Positions 35,271-49,300 of a stretch of DNA of 64,000 nucleotides are shown piece after piece. The stretch covers positions 17,236,001 through 17,300,000 of the forward strand of contig OY740810.1 in the NCBI GenBank assembly GCA_963514005.1, given 5' to 3'. Numbering within the stretch: the stretch's first letter is position 1; every line of letters starts with the position of its first letter. Both the position numbers and the translations under genes were made by a program. A model generated the notes under the pieces. It was not told the origin of the DNA. It saw nothing but the letters and a program-made list of their open reading frames with translations, and made no database searches. This DNA comes from Raja brachyura (taxonomy: Eukaryota).

Positions 35271-37825
35271 CAGTGCCCTCCACAATGTTTGGGACAAAGA
35301 CCCATCATTTATTTATTTGCCTCTGTACTCTACAATTTGAGATTTGTAATAAAAAAAGATTGCATGTGGTTAAAGTGCACATTGTCAGCTTTTAATAAAG
35401 GCAATTTTAATACATTTTGGTTTCACCATGTAGAAATTACAGCAGAGTTTATACTTAGTCACCCCAAGCAATGTCATGTAAATGAAAGTAGTAATGTTTA
35501 GTATTTTGTTGCATATCCTTTGCATGCAATGACTGGTTGAAGTCTGCGATTCATGGACATCACCAGTCGCTGGGTATCTTCTCTGGTGATGCTCTGCCAG
35601 GCCTGCATTGCAGCCATCTTAAATTTATGCTTGTTTTGGGGGCTACTCCCCTTCAGTTTTCTCTTCAGCAAAAAAAAGTCATGCTCAATTGGGTTCAGAT
35701 CGGGTGATTGACTTGGCCACTCAAGAATTTACCATTTTTTTAGCTTTGAAAAACTCCTTTGTTGCTTTAGCAGTATGTTTGGGATCATTGTCTTGCTGGA
35801 GAATGAACCGCGGGCCAATGAGTTTTGAGGCATTTGTTTGAACTTGAGCAGATAGGATGTGACCATACACTTCAGAATTCATTATGCTACTACCATCAGC
35901 AGTTGTATCATCAATGAAGATAAGTGAGCCAGTACCGTCAGCAGCCATACATGCCCAGGCCATAACACCCCCACCATCATGTTTCACAGATGAGGTGGTA
36001 TGGTTAGGATCTGGTTAGGATCCTTCTCTACTCCATACTTTGCTCTTACCATCACTCTGATATAAGTTAATCTTCGTCTCAACTGCCACAAGACCTTTTT
36101 CCAGAACTGTGGTTACTCTTTTAAGTACTTCTTGGTGAACTGCAACCTGGCCATCCTATTTTTGCGGCTAAGCAGTGGTTTGCATCCTGCAGTGCAGCCT
36201 CTGTATTTCTGTTCATGAACTCTTCTACGGACAGTGGTCATTGACAAATCCACGCCTGAAGAGTGTTTCTGATCTGTCGGACAGGTGTTTGTGGATTTTT
36301 CTTTATTATAGAGAGAATTCTTCTGTCATCAGCTGTGGAGGTCATTCTTGGTCTGCCAGTCCGTTTGGGATTAGTAAGCTCTTTTTTTCTTAATGATGTT
36401 CCAAACAGTTGATTTTGGTAAGCTTAAGATGTGTTTGATGTCTCTAACAGTTTTATTTGTTTCTCAGCCTCATAATGGCTTATTTGACTTTCATTGTCAC
36501 AGCTTTGGTCCTCATGTTGATAAACAGCAATAAACGTTTCCAAATGTGATGAAAAGACTGGAGGAAAGACCAGGTGCCGAGAGCTCTCTTATACCTGCAT
36601 TAAGGAAGCATTTAAACGCACCTGAGCAATTACAAAGAATTGACAATTTTTTTAGCTTTGAAAAACTCCTTTGTTGCTTTAGAAGTATGTTTGGGATCAT
36701 TGACTTGTGAAGCCATGTGTCCCAAACGTAATGGCACCCTGAAATGGGGGGGAACTATGTATAAACACAGCTGTAATTTCTACCAAACGGTATAAAAATG
36801 GCATTTAATAAAATCTTGACAATGTGCACTTTAACTACATGTGACTGTTTCTATTACAAATCTCAAATTGTGGAGTAAAAATAGGATGGCCAGGTTACAG
36901 TTTGCCAAGACGTACTTAAAAGAGCAACCACAGTTCTGGAAAAAGGTCTTGTGGACAGATGAGACAAAGATTTTACTTATACCAGAGTGATGGCAAGAGC
37001 AAAGTATAGAGAGAAGGAACTTCTAAAGATCCAAAATACCACTTTATCTGTGAAACACAGCGGTGGGGGTGTTATTGTCTGGGCATATATGACTGGCTCC
37101 CTTATCTTCATTGATGATACAACTGCTGATGATAGTTGCATAATGAATTCTGAAGTATATAGACACATCCTATCTGCTCAAGTTCAAACAAATGCCTCAA
37201 AACTCATTAGCCAGCGGTTCAGCGGTGTACAGCAAGACAATGATCCCAAACATACTTGTAAAGCACCAAAGGGCATACTGCTAAAGCAACAAAGGTCAAT
37301 TCTTGAGTGGCCAAGTCAATCACCTGATCTGAACTCAATTGAGCATGCCGAAGAGTAAACTGAAGGGGACTAGACCCCAAAACAAGCATAAGCTAAAGAT
37401 GGCTGTAATACAGGCCTGGCACAGCATCACCAGAGAAGACACCCAGCAACTGGTGATGTCCATGAATTGCAGACTTCAAGCAGTCATTCCATTCAAAGGA
37501 TATGCAACAAAAAACTAAACATGACTACTTTCATTTACATGACATTGCAGTGTCCCAAACATAATGGTACCCTGCAATGGGGGGGACTATGTATAAACGC
37601 TGCTGTAATTTCTACATGTTAAAACCATTTCTGAGTAGCGGCGCCTAACGGCAGCGGCATGACTACAGTCTGTCTTTTTTTATGTATAAAAATGGCATTT
37701 ATTAAAATCTGACAATGTGCACTTTAACCACATGTGACTTTTTCTATTACAAATCTCAAATTATGGAGTACAGAGGCAAATAAATAAATGATGGGTCTTT
37801 GTCCCAAATATTATGCAGGGCACCG
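35271..37825. mobile_element. Rearranged Tc1: near-complete minus-strand copy (35271-36876) fused to a plus-strand 3' half (36877-37825)
   Basis: TA-flanked outer termini. The GGGVMAW/ILQQDNDPKHT region appears on both strands (35721-35987 minus, 36987-37358 plus). Confidence 0.88.
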
Positions 37826-38171
37826 TACCTGCTTACTTTGGAGACTTAAACCCATAATCAGACTGATGCTTCTGTGCAGTAGTGTGGAGGTCATGTGGTT
37901 TAGATTATTAATGAAATCGAAGCGTCATCTTCCTCCGTGGCTATATAAAAAAGATCTCTTGGTTATGTCAAAAAGAGAGAATCTCGTAATTCTGCAGTTC
38001 TGGTAATTTTGGACAACAAAAAACATATTATTAAGCCAGATTTTCTGGTCATTCACTATTGTTGGTGGCTTCTTGCTTTTATGCTAGTTACTTGCTGCAG
38101 TTACCAACATGATGAGAATATCTAAAAAAAAACATGACGTATGAATTTGAGATATCATGAAAATGTAAGTG

Positions 38172-38460
38172 TTTACACCCTGGCGGTATGAACATTGACT
38201 TCTCTAATTTCAGGTAGTCCTTGCTTCCTCCCTCCTTCCCCCCTCCCCCTTCCCAGCTCTACCATAAAGCTTGCTGTCTCTGCCTCTTCCTTTCTTTTTC
38301 ACGCCCCCCCCACCCCCACCCCCTCGATATCACTGAAGAAGGGTCTCGACCCGAAATGTCGCCTATTCCTTTGCTCCATAGGTGCTGCCTCACCAGCTGA
38401 GTTTCTCCAGCATATTTGTCTACCTTCGGTTTTTACAGCATCTGCAGTTCTTTCTGAAAC
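38172..38460 (+). mobile_element. Penelope-like 3' terminal fragment
   Basis: Matches 21270-21540, including CTGAAGAAGGGTCTCGACCCGAAA. Confidence 0.8.
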
Positions 38461-38484
38461 ATGAGAATGTAAAATATGCTTTAT

Positions 38485-39725
38485 GTCGCAAAGTTACAAA
38501 ATTTTGTGATTTAAAAAATCAAGTCTGCAATTTATCCCATCAGATAAAGTATAAAAAGTAGTTTAATTTGACACCTAATTCACTTTCATATCTTCAGCAC
38601 TAAAAAAGTTATGGCTATTTTCATACTTGGAAATTAGCATCTTGTTCCCTATTGCTTTTCCATTGACTTAACACAAAAGCTGTGATCGAGGACAGTCAAA
38701 AGCCCATAACCTTCTTAAAAAATAAGAGAACTGAATGAAATTTTCAGTTACTATAGATTAAAGCATTCTGAAACAAATATAAAATATCTAACTAGGATGA
38801 CCTGAAACTAAAGCATATAATTAGTTAATTACCTAATTATAGCTAATTACAAAATTGACCGTTGTGACGGAAATAGTAATAAACACCCAGACTGCCTTGA
38901 AAATTCAAAAATGTGATATTCTCAAGATCAGGACTTTAATATTATTAATAGCGTAAGTATCCAATTACAAACTAATCCCATTCACACAAGAATTCACAAT
39001 ATAACATGATTTTAAAATCTCACTGTCATTAACTTATATGCAAGATGGAAGGAAAGATGTTTAATTCTCCATAAATTAATCTAGAAACATCCACTCAATA
39101 TAATCAAAATTATTATTTTTTGCACAATACATGTGGCTAAAACTGTTGTGTATATTTAGTATAACAATATTGACTATGGATGGACAATAACACAAAATAT
39201 AGACGATTTAGATGATCTTATGACATGATTGTCCAAAAAAAAGAGCATTTAAATCATCTTGCGAGTTGGTGTTTCTGGAACGCGATCGATTGGAACATTG
39301 CCGGTGCAGTGAGTTTTAACCCCATATCGGCACGAAAGACAATGCCAATTCGTATGGAGCCCAAATAACATTTTCGCAACGTAAAATTAGATTAAAGCCA
39401 TCCCAAGAAGCAAGATTATATGTAAATTAAATGACTTGCCCTTTGTTTTGTCCTGTTTTTGCGATCGGTCACGTTGTAGGCGTTGAGGGCATTCAAAGTC
39501 GCTTGTTACTTTAATTCAATTATTAAAATGTACAGCGATTTAAAAAAAAAACGGGAATGGAGGTCCAATCGATTTTTCTTCATCAGCTAGCAGCCTGAGG
39601 AAATCCCTCTCCAACAAGCGATACAAACCTGCATTTTAAACCTCCCCCCCAAGGCGCCAAAGTCGCACACACAGCCGGTGGCAGAACTGCAGCACCGCTG
39701 AAAGTAGGTTCTGTAACATTGCTAC
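38485..39725. mobile_element. Unclassified non-autonomous DNA transposon (about 1.24 kb)
   Basis: Imperfect 14-bp TIRs GTCGCAAAGTTACA and TGTAACATTGCTAC, flanked by TTTAT on both sides; no ORF. Confidence 0.6.
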
Positions 39726-39994
39726 TTTATGGAAATTCTTCTCTTTACCATTTCACTGGGAGTTTTGAGCTGTGTCAATAGACAATAGGTGCAGGGGTGC
39801 AGGAGTAGGCCATTCGTCCCTACGAGCCAGCACCGCCATTCACTGTGATCATGGCTGATCATCCATAATCAGTACCCTGTTCCTGCCTTGACCCCATATC
39901 ACCTGACTCCGCAATTATCCTTTAAAAAACATCTGTTTTAAAATGAATTAGTTTTGTCATAAAGTTGACTGATCATGTTTTCATTGGCTTCTAG

Positions 39995-40010
39995 GCTCTT
40001 TGGATCTTGA
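39995..40010 (+). CDS. SMIM7: SMIM7 last coding exon (LFGS-stop)
   Basis: ggcttctag|GCTCTTTGGATCTTGA. Exon lengths 26+42+53+91+16=228 nt, i.e. 75 aa plus stop. Confidence 0.93.
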
Positions 40011-40815
40011 AATCTATCAATCTATGGAAATGAAGTGAACCTGGGACCTTCTGGAATTGGATTATTTGTCAATTCTTTACATTCTTGATAATAATTTTTA
40101 CATTTGTTCAACCCTGAAGTTCAAGCAAGTGTTTTTCAACACTTACAATCATGTCTGAAGTCCAGTTCTACAACAGCGGTTAGTAACGGATAGATGCCAA
40201 AAGGCATACCTATCCAGGATTTTCCCATCCTCCCTGAACAGATCAGGACGTTACCCAGACATGCAAGAGTAGGATCACTGTTAAATATTAATTTTGTTCT
40301 CATTTGGGTTCACTCCAGATACAAACTGATACAGATCTAAAATGTCAGTCCCAGACATACTGTGGAAATTTGGCAATAGAAAAATATTTTGATTAAAATT
40401 ATGCTGAATGGTTAAATAGATTGCCCCTTTCTTGTCAAATTGTTCTTTATTTAAGAAATTATTTTTTAAACAGAATATTGTGATAGGATTGAAGTGTTTT
40501 ATGCAGCTAGCTGGTGCTAACAGCTCAAACAGGTATAAATGTAGACCATGTGATCACATGTGAGCTGTATACATCATAAGCCCAAGCAAGTTGGTGTGGA
40601 AAGTACTGTGCCTACCAGTATCACTGACTCTATTTAGTTCAAAAACAGCAGCTGACCCGCAGGGCTGTGTAAACTCGAGAGATAAGATTCTTCTTTTTTA
40701 AGCAATGTTAATCTATGCTGATCTGTAATTTGCACATAGTAAATCCTTTCTCAGTTCCATATCTAGTACACCATTTTCGTTTTTAAGACATTCTGTGCAG
40801 TGAGAACATAAAGAA

Positions 40816-40844
40816 AATAAATGTGATAGAGAAATCGCAATAAA
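40816..40844 (+). terminator. Candidate SMIM7 polyadenylation signals
   Basis: Two AATAAA hexamers (40816, 40839) about 0.8 kb after the stop codon, followed by T/GT-rich sequence. Actual use unverified. Confidence 0.45.
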
Positions 40845-41587
40845 ATGTTGAATACATGAAAAGGAAATTTGTTTCAGTTTGATTTTAAATTTATTTTAAT
40901 GGTCTATCCACAGTTAATCTGCTGCACATGAATTCTAATCATGACTGACCACCCTGTTTCTCAAGGGTGTTATATAACCAAAGTGGGACAGTATTCCAAG
41001 GACCAATTTTGAATTCAGCCAGCAACATGTAGTCAGCACTTGTCCTGTTTTTTATTTGGTCACCTGTTTTTGTCCAGTATCTTGCTTTGATGATACAGAT
41101 TAATTGTCACCAAAACGGTCATTATGGCTTTGTTTAAATCATTTGGTACGTACAAAAAATTCACGTCCCTTTTTATCTCCAATCGCCTGGCTTCAAAACC
41201 ACATTCAGGATTAGTACCCATTTGGCTTCTCATCAGTGACGGAAGTTTCCCTTTTTTCCCCAAGTACTTAAGGCTATAGTTACATATTTTCTGGTTGACC
41301 AGTGATCTGTGCTGCTTTTTTGTCGCGGGTACTTATGGTTTTCCCCTAACTTGGACATTTGTACCTAAAAGCAACAGTCTAGTTCCAGTGAACTTTGTAA
41401 AGTAAATTGGATAACATTACCATGTGTCATAAGGACACATGGTGCCCTGCAATGGGCAGGGCACCATGCAGGCAAAAAACATGGTGCCCTGCAATGATGT
41501 TTGAGCATTAAGTATTGCTGTTCCATGATCATTATTAAAGAAGCAGCCCGATAACTGGGAGAAATAGCAATTGCACATGCTCTATCT

Positions 41588-41760
41588 CAGTGGTTCTTAA
41601 CCTTTTTGGCACCAGTTCGCGCATACGCGAACAAAATACTGTATATGGTATGTTACCTTTGTTAGGTTCCTAAACATTTGCTCAACAAATTGATATGTTA
41701 TTTGTGTCCCCTTCATGACCCCGGCAAAGCCCCAAACGACCCCCAGGTTAAGAACCACTG
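41588..41760. mobile_element. hAT (Charlie-like) MITE, 173 bp
   Basis: TIR CAGTGGTTCTTAACCT and AGGTTAAGAACCACTG; perfect 8-bp TSD CTCTATCT. Confidence 0.92.
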
Positions 41761-43509
41761 CTCTATCTGCTATTGCAGTGATATTTTGTGGTTGAGATTT
41801 GGATACAAATGAAGAGGAGATTAAATTAAATCGGATGGGGGTGAAATTGTTAATATTCACTGTGACCTTAGATTGTATTGTAGCAAACTGTTGCTGTATT
41901 GTGCTGTCACTGATAAACCTTCTATCAATGGTCTATTGCCTGAATCACTGATTTTCGTCTTATAAATTTGTAAATAATATATAGATTTTGCTTCATCAGT
42001 TCTGATACTTCATGTTCACACACCATCGCAGTGTACTGTAATCTGGTGTCTGTTCAGAAAACCTATGATTAAAACATTTATTAACCACATTTGTGCATTG
42101 TCTTTGGATACAATACAATGTGTAAACACCTATTTCTATGTAAAGTACACAGGGCTGCCTGTATTTTTCAGCTTGTATAATTAATTTATCAGAATTTGTT
42201 CACATTAAAAAAAAATGGAGAATGGGCAAGAGGAGTAAAATGAGTCAATCAAGAAACAGTAAAACGCATTAGTCTGGCATACTCTGGACTTTGTGTTTGC
42301 AGATTTTCTGCACTATTGGATGTTATTAATATTTCAATGGACTTTTAATTCACTTTTTTAAAAGATGTTACTCAATAGAATAATAACATTTTCAGTGAAT
42401 CCAATAGGTTTCAAATAGTGCAGGAAATGGCACCAGTAAATATCAAGGGAACAGGAAACAGAACCAAGGAGTTTGAAGGGATCAAATGAATCAGGGCTCC
42501 AGTGTGAAAGGGAGAGTGGGTTTTGTGAAATTGAATAGAGCTGAAACATCCATATTCTGTTCAGAAACTGAGCTCATCATGTAAGTGAGTTCACACATCA
42601 CTGATGTTTCCTCTTCCAGATATTTAACTTACACTTCCAGTTTTCTTACTATTTTTTCTCCCCTCTATTGTCACATGGACTGTCTCATTTCTTGTTCAGC
42701 AACAGCCAAAATAGTAGTTTATGCAGTCAAAGAGTTGCTGGGGCATAATGTGGGCCAATTGGGATTAAGGACATATTACTAGGAATCTGGCTGGTTCAGT
42801 TTAATTTAGAGATACAACATGGAAACAGGCCTTTTGCCCACCAAGTCCATGTCGACTCGATTACACTAGTTCTGTAATCTCACTTTCTCATCCATTTACA
42901 GGGGCCAATTAACCTGCAAATTCGCAGGTCTTTGGGATGTAGGAGGAAACTGGATCACCCGGTGGAAACGCATGCGGTCAGAGAACATGCAAACTCCACA
43001 CAGACAGCACCCGAGCTCTACCATCTACGCCACTGTGCCGCCCTGGTACAGTGCTACCATTTGTGTGTTGCGTAAATCTGCAAAATTTTGATAGCTGTGT
43101 TTTCCAACTGCCTGTGTAAATAGTACATGATTTTGTACTACTTCATATCAGTCAGACATAACTTCTCATGTCATGTTGTTTGTCTCAAATTGCACAACCA
43201 AATGTAATACTATGGGTGGCTCCAAGTATTAAACTTGTAATTAAAAAAAAAACTAACAATAAAGTCAGCTCCCAGTCAAGATGGTTGCTATACCTAGTAA
43301 TTATAATGGATGTTAGTAATTATTCACCCAGATCTTTCATGTGAAAATGCATCTTGATTTTTGAGGTCTATGTATAAAGCATAGTTTGTGGGAAATGATC
43401 TGTGGGATCTTTTGATCACACATTTGCGTTCTTATATCTAGTGTGCAATAATTTATCATTTTCTATAATTTAATTGCGCTAAATGATTCTGAAAAGCCTG
43501 GTGCAAAAA

Positions 43510-44330
43510 TGGACAAAGGATAAAGGACATTTATTGGTGCAGTGAAATTTGAGTTACCATGCAACACACAAATAAGATAAACACAACACCATAGAATTTA
43601 ACATAAAACATATCCCCACAGCGAAATCAACGTTTCCCACTGTGAGGGAAGGCAACAAAGTTCAGTCATCTTCCCCTTGTTCACCCGGGGCCTTTGAACC
43701 CTCCGCAGTCGCCGCAACGGCGGCCCGATGTTTCAGGCCCTCTCGCCGGAATGATGGAACTCCGATGTTGGAAGAACACTTTCAACGGCCTGGAGTTCCG
43801 AATCGGCCGCTTCCAACCGGAGACCGCGGCTTTCGAAGTCTACAGGCCGAGCTGGGCGGAGCTCCAACACTGGGGCTCCTTGGTGAAAAGTCCCAGGTCT
43901 CCGCGATGTTAAAGTCAGCGCCGCCAGCGGCTGGAAGCTCCGCAGACCGCAGCTCCACAGTGACAAAGTCGGTAGGCCCAACATTCCGGAGCTCCAACAT
44001 GGCAATCCCGGTAAGGCATTGCCCGCTACGCGATGGAATCCAATGCTGCGCCTCTGTTGAAGCTCGGGCCGGTCAGCGGCAGGAAAGGCTGCGCCAGTCG
44101 AGATGGTAGGCCGCGAGGGGGGGTGAAGATGCGGCTCGGAGAAAAGACGCATCCTCGACCAGGTAGTGACTGAGAAAACAGTTTCCCCCTTCCCCCACCC
44201 CACCCCACCCCCCACATAAAGACGAAAAGACCTCCAAAAACAAACTTTTAGACAGATTAAAACAACAAAAAGGATGAAAGGACAGACAGCTGCTGGCGAG
44301 GCTGCCACACTCGATGGTGCCACCACTTGG
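43510..44330 (-). mobile_element. GC-rich non-autonomous retroposon; homologous plus-strand copy at about 60550-61189; possible relative at about 45325-46140
   Basis: Shared blocks (gactgaactttg...ccttccctcacagtgggaaa, ggagctccaaca) and shared tail CAATAAATGTCCTTT. Confidence 0.7.
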
Positions 44331-46385
44331 TCCACCACTGGAAATGTGTAATTAAATACTTGTGATAAGATTGCAGAAACTTATGTTGAGTAGGGGGTTT
44401 TACAATATCCCTGTTACTTTAGAAAAATGTACAAAGCTTGAAAATCAAAAAACTGCAGATGCTGAAAATCTGAAATAAACAAGCAAAATGCTAGAAATAC
44501 TGAAGGTCAGGCAAAACGTGTGGTGTATTTGAACGCGAGTTTGTTATTTGATATAGACAGTGCTTCTGCTCGTTGTAATGTATCATTGGTATTGACAATT
44601 GAAGGACAAGCATGATTCTTCATGATTGTCTTCAAAAGCTGCAGATTTCTTCTGGCCTATCAAACCTTTTAATGGGCATGAATATTTAGAGTCCGATAGC
44701 ACAGAAATGGTTCTTTCACCCCACCATGTCTATGCAAACCATCAATTACCTATATTAATCCCATTTATTAACATCTGGTCCATGCCTTGGTGATTCAAGT
44801 GTTTCAGATATTTAACTATTGTGTTCTTCATTTTTGAGTGTATTCAAATTGCAACCACCTTAATTAAATAGTTTGATTTGTTCCCTTTATACTTCCTACT
44901 CCTCACCGTAAAATTATGCACACTAGACTTAAACCTTTCTCCATGTCAGAGGTGTTTTATCACTACCTGATCTATAGCCCTCATAATCTTTTATACCTCC
45001 AAAAGGACCCCCTCAGCATCCTCTGCTCCAAGAAAAATAAACTCAATCAATCTGAACTCTCCTCAAGATTGAAATATTCCATTCAAGACAAAATCCCATG
45101 CATCTCTGTATCCTCTCCGGTGCAATTACATCCCTTCTGTTGTGTGGCAACGTGTGCACACAATATTCCAGCTGTGATACATCCAATGTTTTATCAAATT
45201 ATCCATGACTGCTCTTATATTCCGTGCTCCGGCTAATGAAGACACTTATCCATTATGTCGTCTTTGCCACTCTTATCAAGTTGTGCTGCTACTTTCAGAT
45301 ATCTTTAACACTTGTAAATCATGTGGCACCAACAGCCTGTCTCGCCCTTTTCTTCTTTTGCTGTTTTGGTCTGTGTTTACTTGTATGTCTTTCGTGTACT
45401 TTTAGTTTTTGTATGATGTGGGGATGGGGGACCATTTTTATCTTTCCTCGACGGAGATGTGACTTTTTCATCGTATCTCCGCCTACACTACGGTTTTAAC
45501 ATCGTGGAGCTGGTGGTCCCTTTGCTAAGGATCAACTGCAGGAGCTTCAACCGCCCCTTGCAGGAGCTTCGATGGCCGACTGCGGGAGCTTCAATCGCCC
45601 CGACTGGGGAGGTTTCGATTGCCCCAACCGTGGGAGTAAAGGAGGAAAGTAGGTATAAGTTATTTGCCTTCCATCAGAGTGAGGACTGTGAGGTCGCCGA
45701 AAAAACAAGATGGACGTGCTGCCTGCACTGGTAAGGACTCGGAGGGAGTGCTGTGAGTGCAATGATCTCGGTGTTTTGCGGGGACATGGCTCCATGAGGT
45801 CATCCCGGAGTTTAGTGCAAGTGTGGACGGCTTTCTGACTGTTCGGGCAAACAGGGTCTGCAGAGAGTGACGGAGGTCTGTGCAACTCTGGTCACATCAC
45901 GGTGAAGGAGCGTGTGTGTGGCCCGGACATTCAACTGATGGCTGTGGGTCTCCGCTTATGCTGTGTGTTTTGGAGATTCTCACACGCCGTTGTGGTGGCT
46001 GTTTAAGTCTATGTTTAATTTTTATGTGGTTATATATCTTGTTGCTTTTTTTGTATGACTGTTGGCAAAGGAAATTCCTTGTATGTTTACATACGTGGCT
46101 AATAAATTAATTACAATAAATTAATGACAATACAATAAAACAAGTTGCTTCTAATCTCAAGTCTTCTCAAGGGGAATTACCATTTAGGTTATATGCCTGA
46201 CTTTTATTAGTTCTTATAAAGTGCAACAGCTCATACTTAACATGATTAAGATTGCATCTGTAATTTTGTAGCCTAAGACCACACTCCTCACTATCAGCAA
46301 ATTCACCAATTTGTCTGCAACGGTTTCAATACTGATCCCTATGGTATGTCATTGGTCACTAACTTCCAATTAAAAAAGGAATCTT

Positions 46386-49300
46386 TTAATCTGTTAATAA
46401 ACTCATATATTGACACTACCTACATTATGGATGTCTGGAGAATTGAAAATCCATCCAGACGATAATATTCATTTTATTCACCTGTGCATAAAACATATTC
46501 AAGGATAGACTATTTCTTAGTAGATTCTAAACTTATTCCATTTACCTACAATTCGCAATATCATAACATTATAATTTCGGACCATGCTCCATTAACGTTT
46601 ATGATTAAACTAAACAGAATGGACAAGAAACAGACACAATGGAGACTTAATCCTCAAATTTTTAATGAAAAGGTATGTTGTGAATATCTTGTAAAACAGA
46701 TTAATATGTTTTTCAAGGTCAATGACCAGCCTGAAATTTCTGCCTCCCTTCTCTGGGAAACATTTAAAGCATTCATACAAGGGGCATTAATCTCCTCCCA
46801 GGCATTTCTTAGTAAAGAGAATAGGGCTAAACAACAGACATTGGAAATGGAAATAAGGCAATTAGACATACAAAATGCAGGAGCACCTTCATTGGCAAAA
46901 CATAATAAAATTGCAGCACTGAAATATAAGTTAAATAAAATATACTCTGACCAAGTAATAAAACTTTATCAACCTACAAAACAATTAAATTTTGAATTTG
47001 GTGATAAACCACAAAAACTATTAGCACGTCAGCTTCGTAAATTGGACGGGGGAAAAATGATTCATAAGATTAGATCAGATAAGGGAGAAATATTAACACT
47101 CCCTAAAGATATTAATGACAGATTTTCACAATACTATCAATATCTTTATTCAACTAAAGTGACAGAACAATCAACAGGAATGGAAGCATTCTTACAGAAA
47201 TGCTTAAAGGTTTAGATTTGCAAGAGCAAGAACTATGAGGTGCTGAAATAACGATAAAAGATATCGAAGAGTCAATTAGATCTTTAAAAAATGGAAAGGC
47301 CGCAGGCCCTGATGGCCGAAGCTCCGAATTTTATTTAAAAATTTATGATCTGATTTCTCCACGCTTACAAACATTGTATAAACACGTTTATACTCAACAG
47401 AAACTCCCGGGAACTTTAAACGAATCTACAATAATACTTATACACAAAACTGATAAGGATCTGGAAGACCCGGCTTCGTATAGAGCAATAGCTCTCTTAA
47501 ATACTGATCAGAAAATACTAACTAAAATCCTATCTCATAGATTGAGCTTAGTGATTGACAAATTAATACACCCCGACCAAACAGGTTTTATCCCAAAACG
47601 TCACTCATTTTACAATCTGAGATGATTATTTAATATTATATACTCAAATAGAATTTCTAATGCTGATCTAGCAATTATTTCGCTAGATGCTGAAAAAGCC
47701 TTTGATCAGGTAGAATGGTCATATTTATTTTCGGTGATGGAAAAATTTCAATTGGGAGAGAAGTACTGTACATGGGTTAAACTTTTATATTCTAACCCAA
47801 CTGCTAGAATACTAACAAACCAAGTGTTATCAACCGAATTTAATCTTTATAGAGGTTGTAGACAAGGATGCCCGCTATCTCCATTATTATTCGTTATAGC
47901 AATTGAACCACTCGCAGAAAGTGTCAGAGCTCATCCAGAAATACATGGGTACAATACTAAAGATACAATGAATAAAATCTCTTTATATGCAAATGATGTA
48001 TTAATATATATTACAAAGCCAGAAACTAGTATTCCAAATTTATTATATCTAATAACTCAATTTGGTCAGTTTTCAGGATATAGAATTAATTGGAATAAAA
48101 GCGAAATCATGCCAATAACGGAACTCAATTTACATACACTACAACAATCACCTTTTAAAATAGTTGAGGAACGATTTAAATATTTAGGTATTTATGTAAC
48201 TAAGACGTATACTTCTTTATTTAAATCAAATTTCCCACCTTTATTGAATAAACTAAACAAGAATATTCTATATTGGAAAACACTCCCCATTTCAATGTTC
48301 GGTAGAATTAATGCTATAAAAATGATCTTTTTGCTGCAATTATTGTACTTATTTCAGTCAATCCCGATATATATTCCAAAATCTTTTTTTTTAAGTAGAC
48401 TCTACAGTTACAAGTTTCATCTGGGATTATAAGAATAATAGAATAAGTAAAAAACAGTTATGTAAATCAAAGATTCATGGAGGTTTAGCTCTACCAAATG
48501 TTCTGTTTTATGTTTGGGCAGTCCATATTAAAAAGATGAATTTTTGGCTGGAAGAAATGGATCAACAACCAGACTGGTTAATGATGGAAAAGGAGGACTG
48601 TTTACCTTTTGAAATCGGTTCGATTATGTTTGCACCGACAAAATTGCACAAAAAAACCTATAGGAAAACCCTATAATATACAGTGGAACACGAATCTGGA
48701 AACAATTAAAAAAGGCTTTAAAATTGGATAATATACCACTCTGTCTCCCTACTGTAAACAGTCCTTTATTCAAACCTTCCATGCTGGATAAAGGTTTCAC
48801 ACAATGGAAAAATTATGGAATTAAAAAGACGGAACATCTTTATAAGAAAGGCACTTTTCTTTTATTTCAGGAGTTACAAAAGATTTATGGATTACACTCA
48901 AATAAAAATTTTCGATATCTACAACTCAGAGATTATGTTAAATCAAATACACAAGATTATAGGACTAGGGAACCAGAAATCCTTGATGAATGTTTGAATA
49001 AGCATCCTAATACAAAAAAACTAACAACTTATATTTATAATATCCTTTTAGATAGCGAGGTACCATCGACGGAATCACATAGACATACATGCCAACCCAT
49101 AACGAAAGATATTTGGGACAAAAGTTTACAATATATACATCAATGCTCGTTAATTGCCAGACATGCTTTAATACAATTTAAAGTATTACACAGATTACAT
49201 TACTCAAAAGTTAAACTGAATAGAATCTTTCCACATGTCTCTCCTATCTGCGATAAATGTCAGCATCTAGAGGCTCACTTAACACATACTTTTGCAAATT

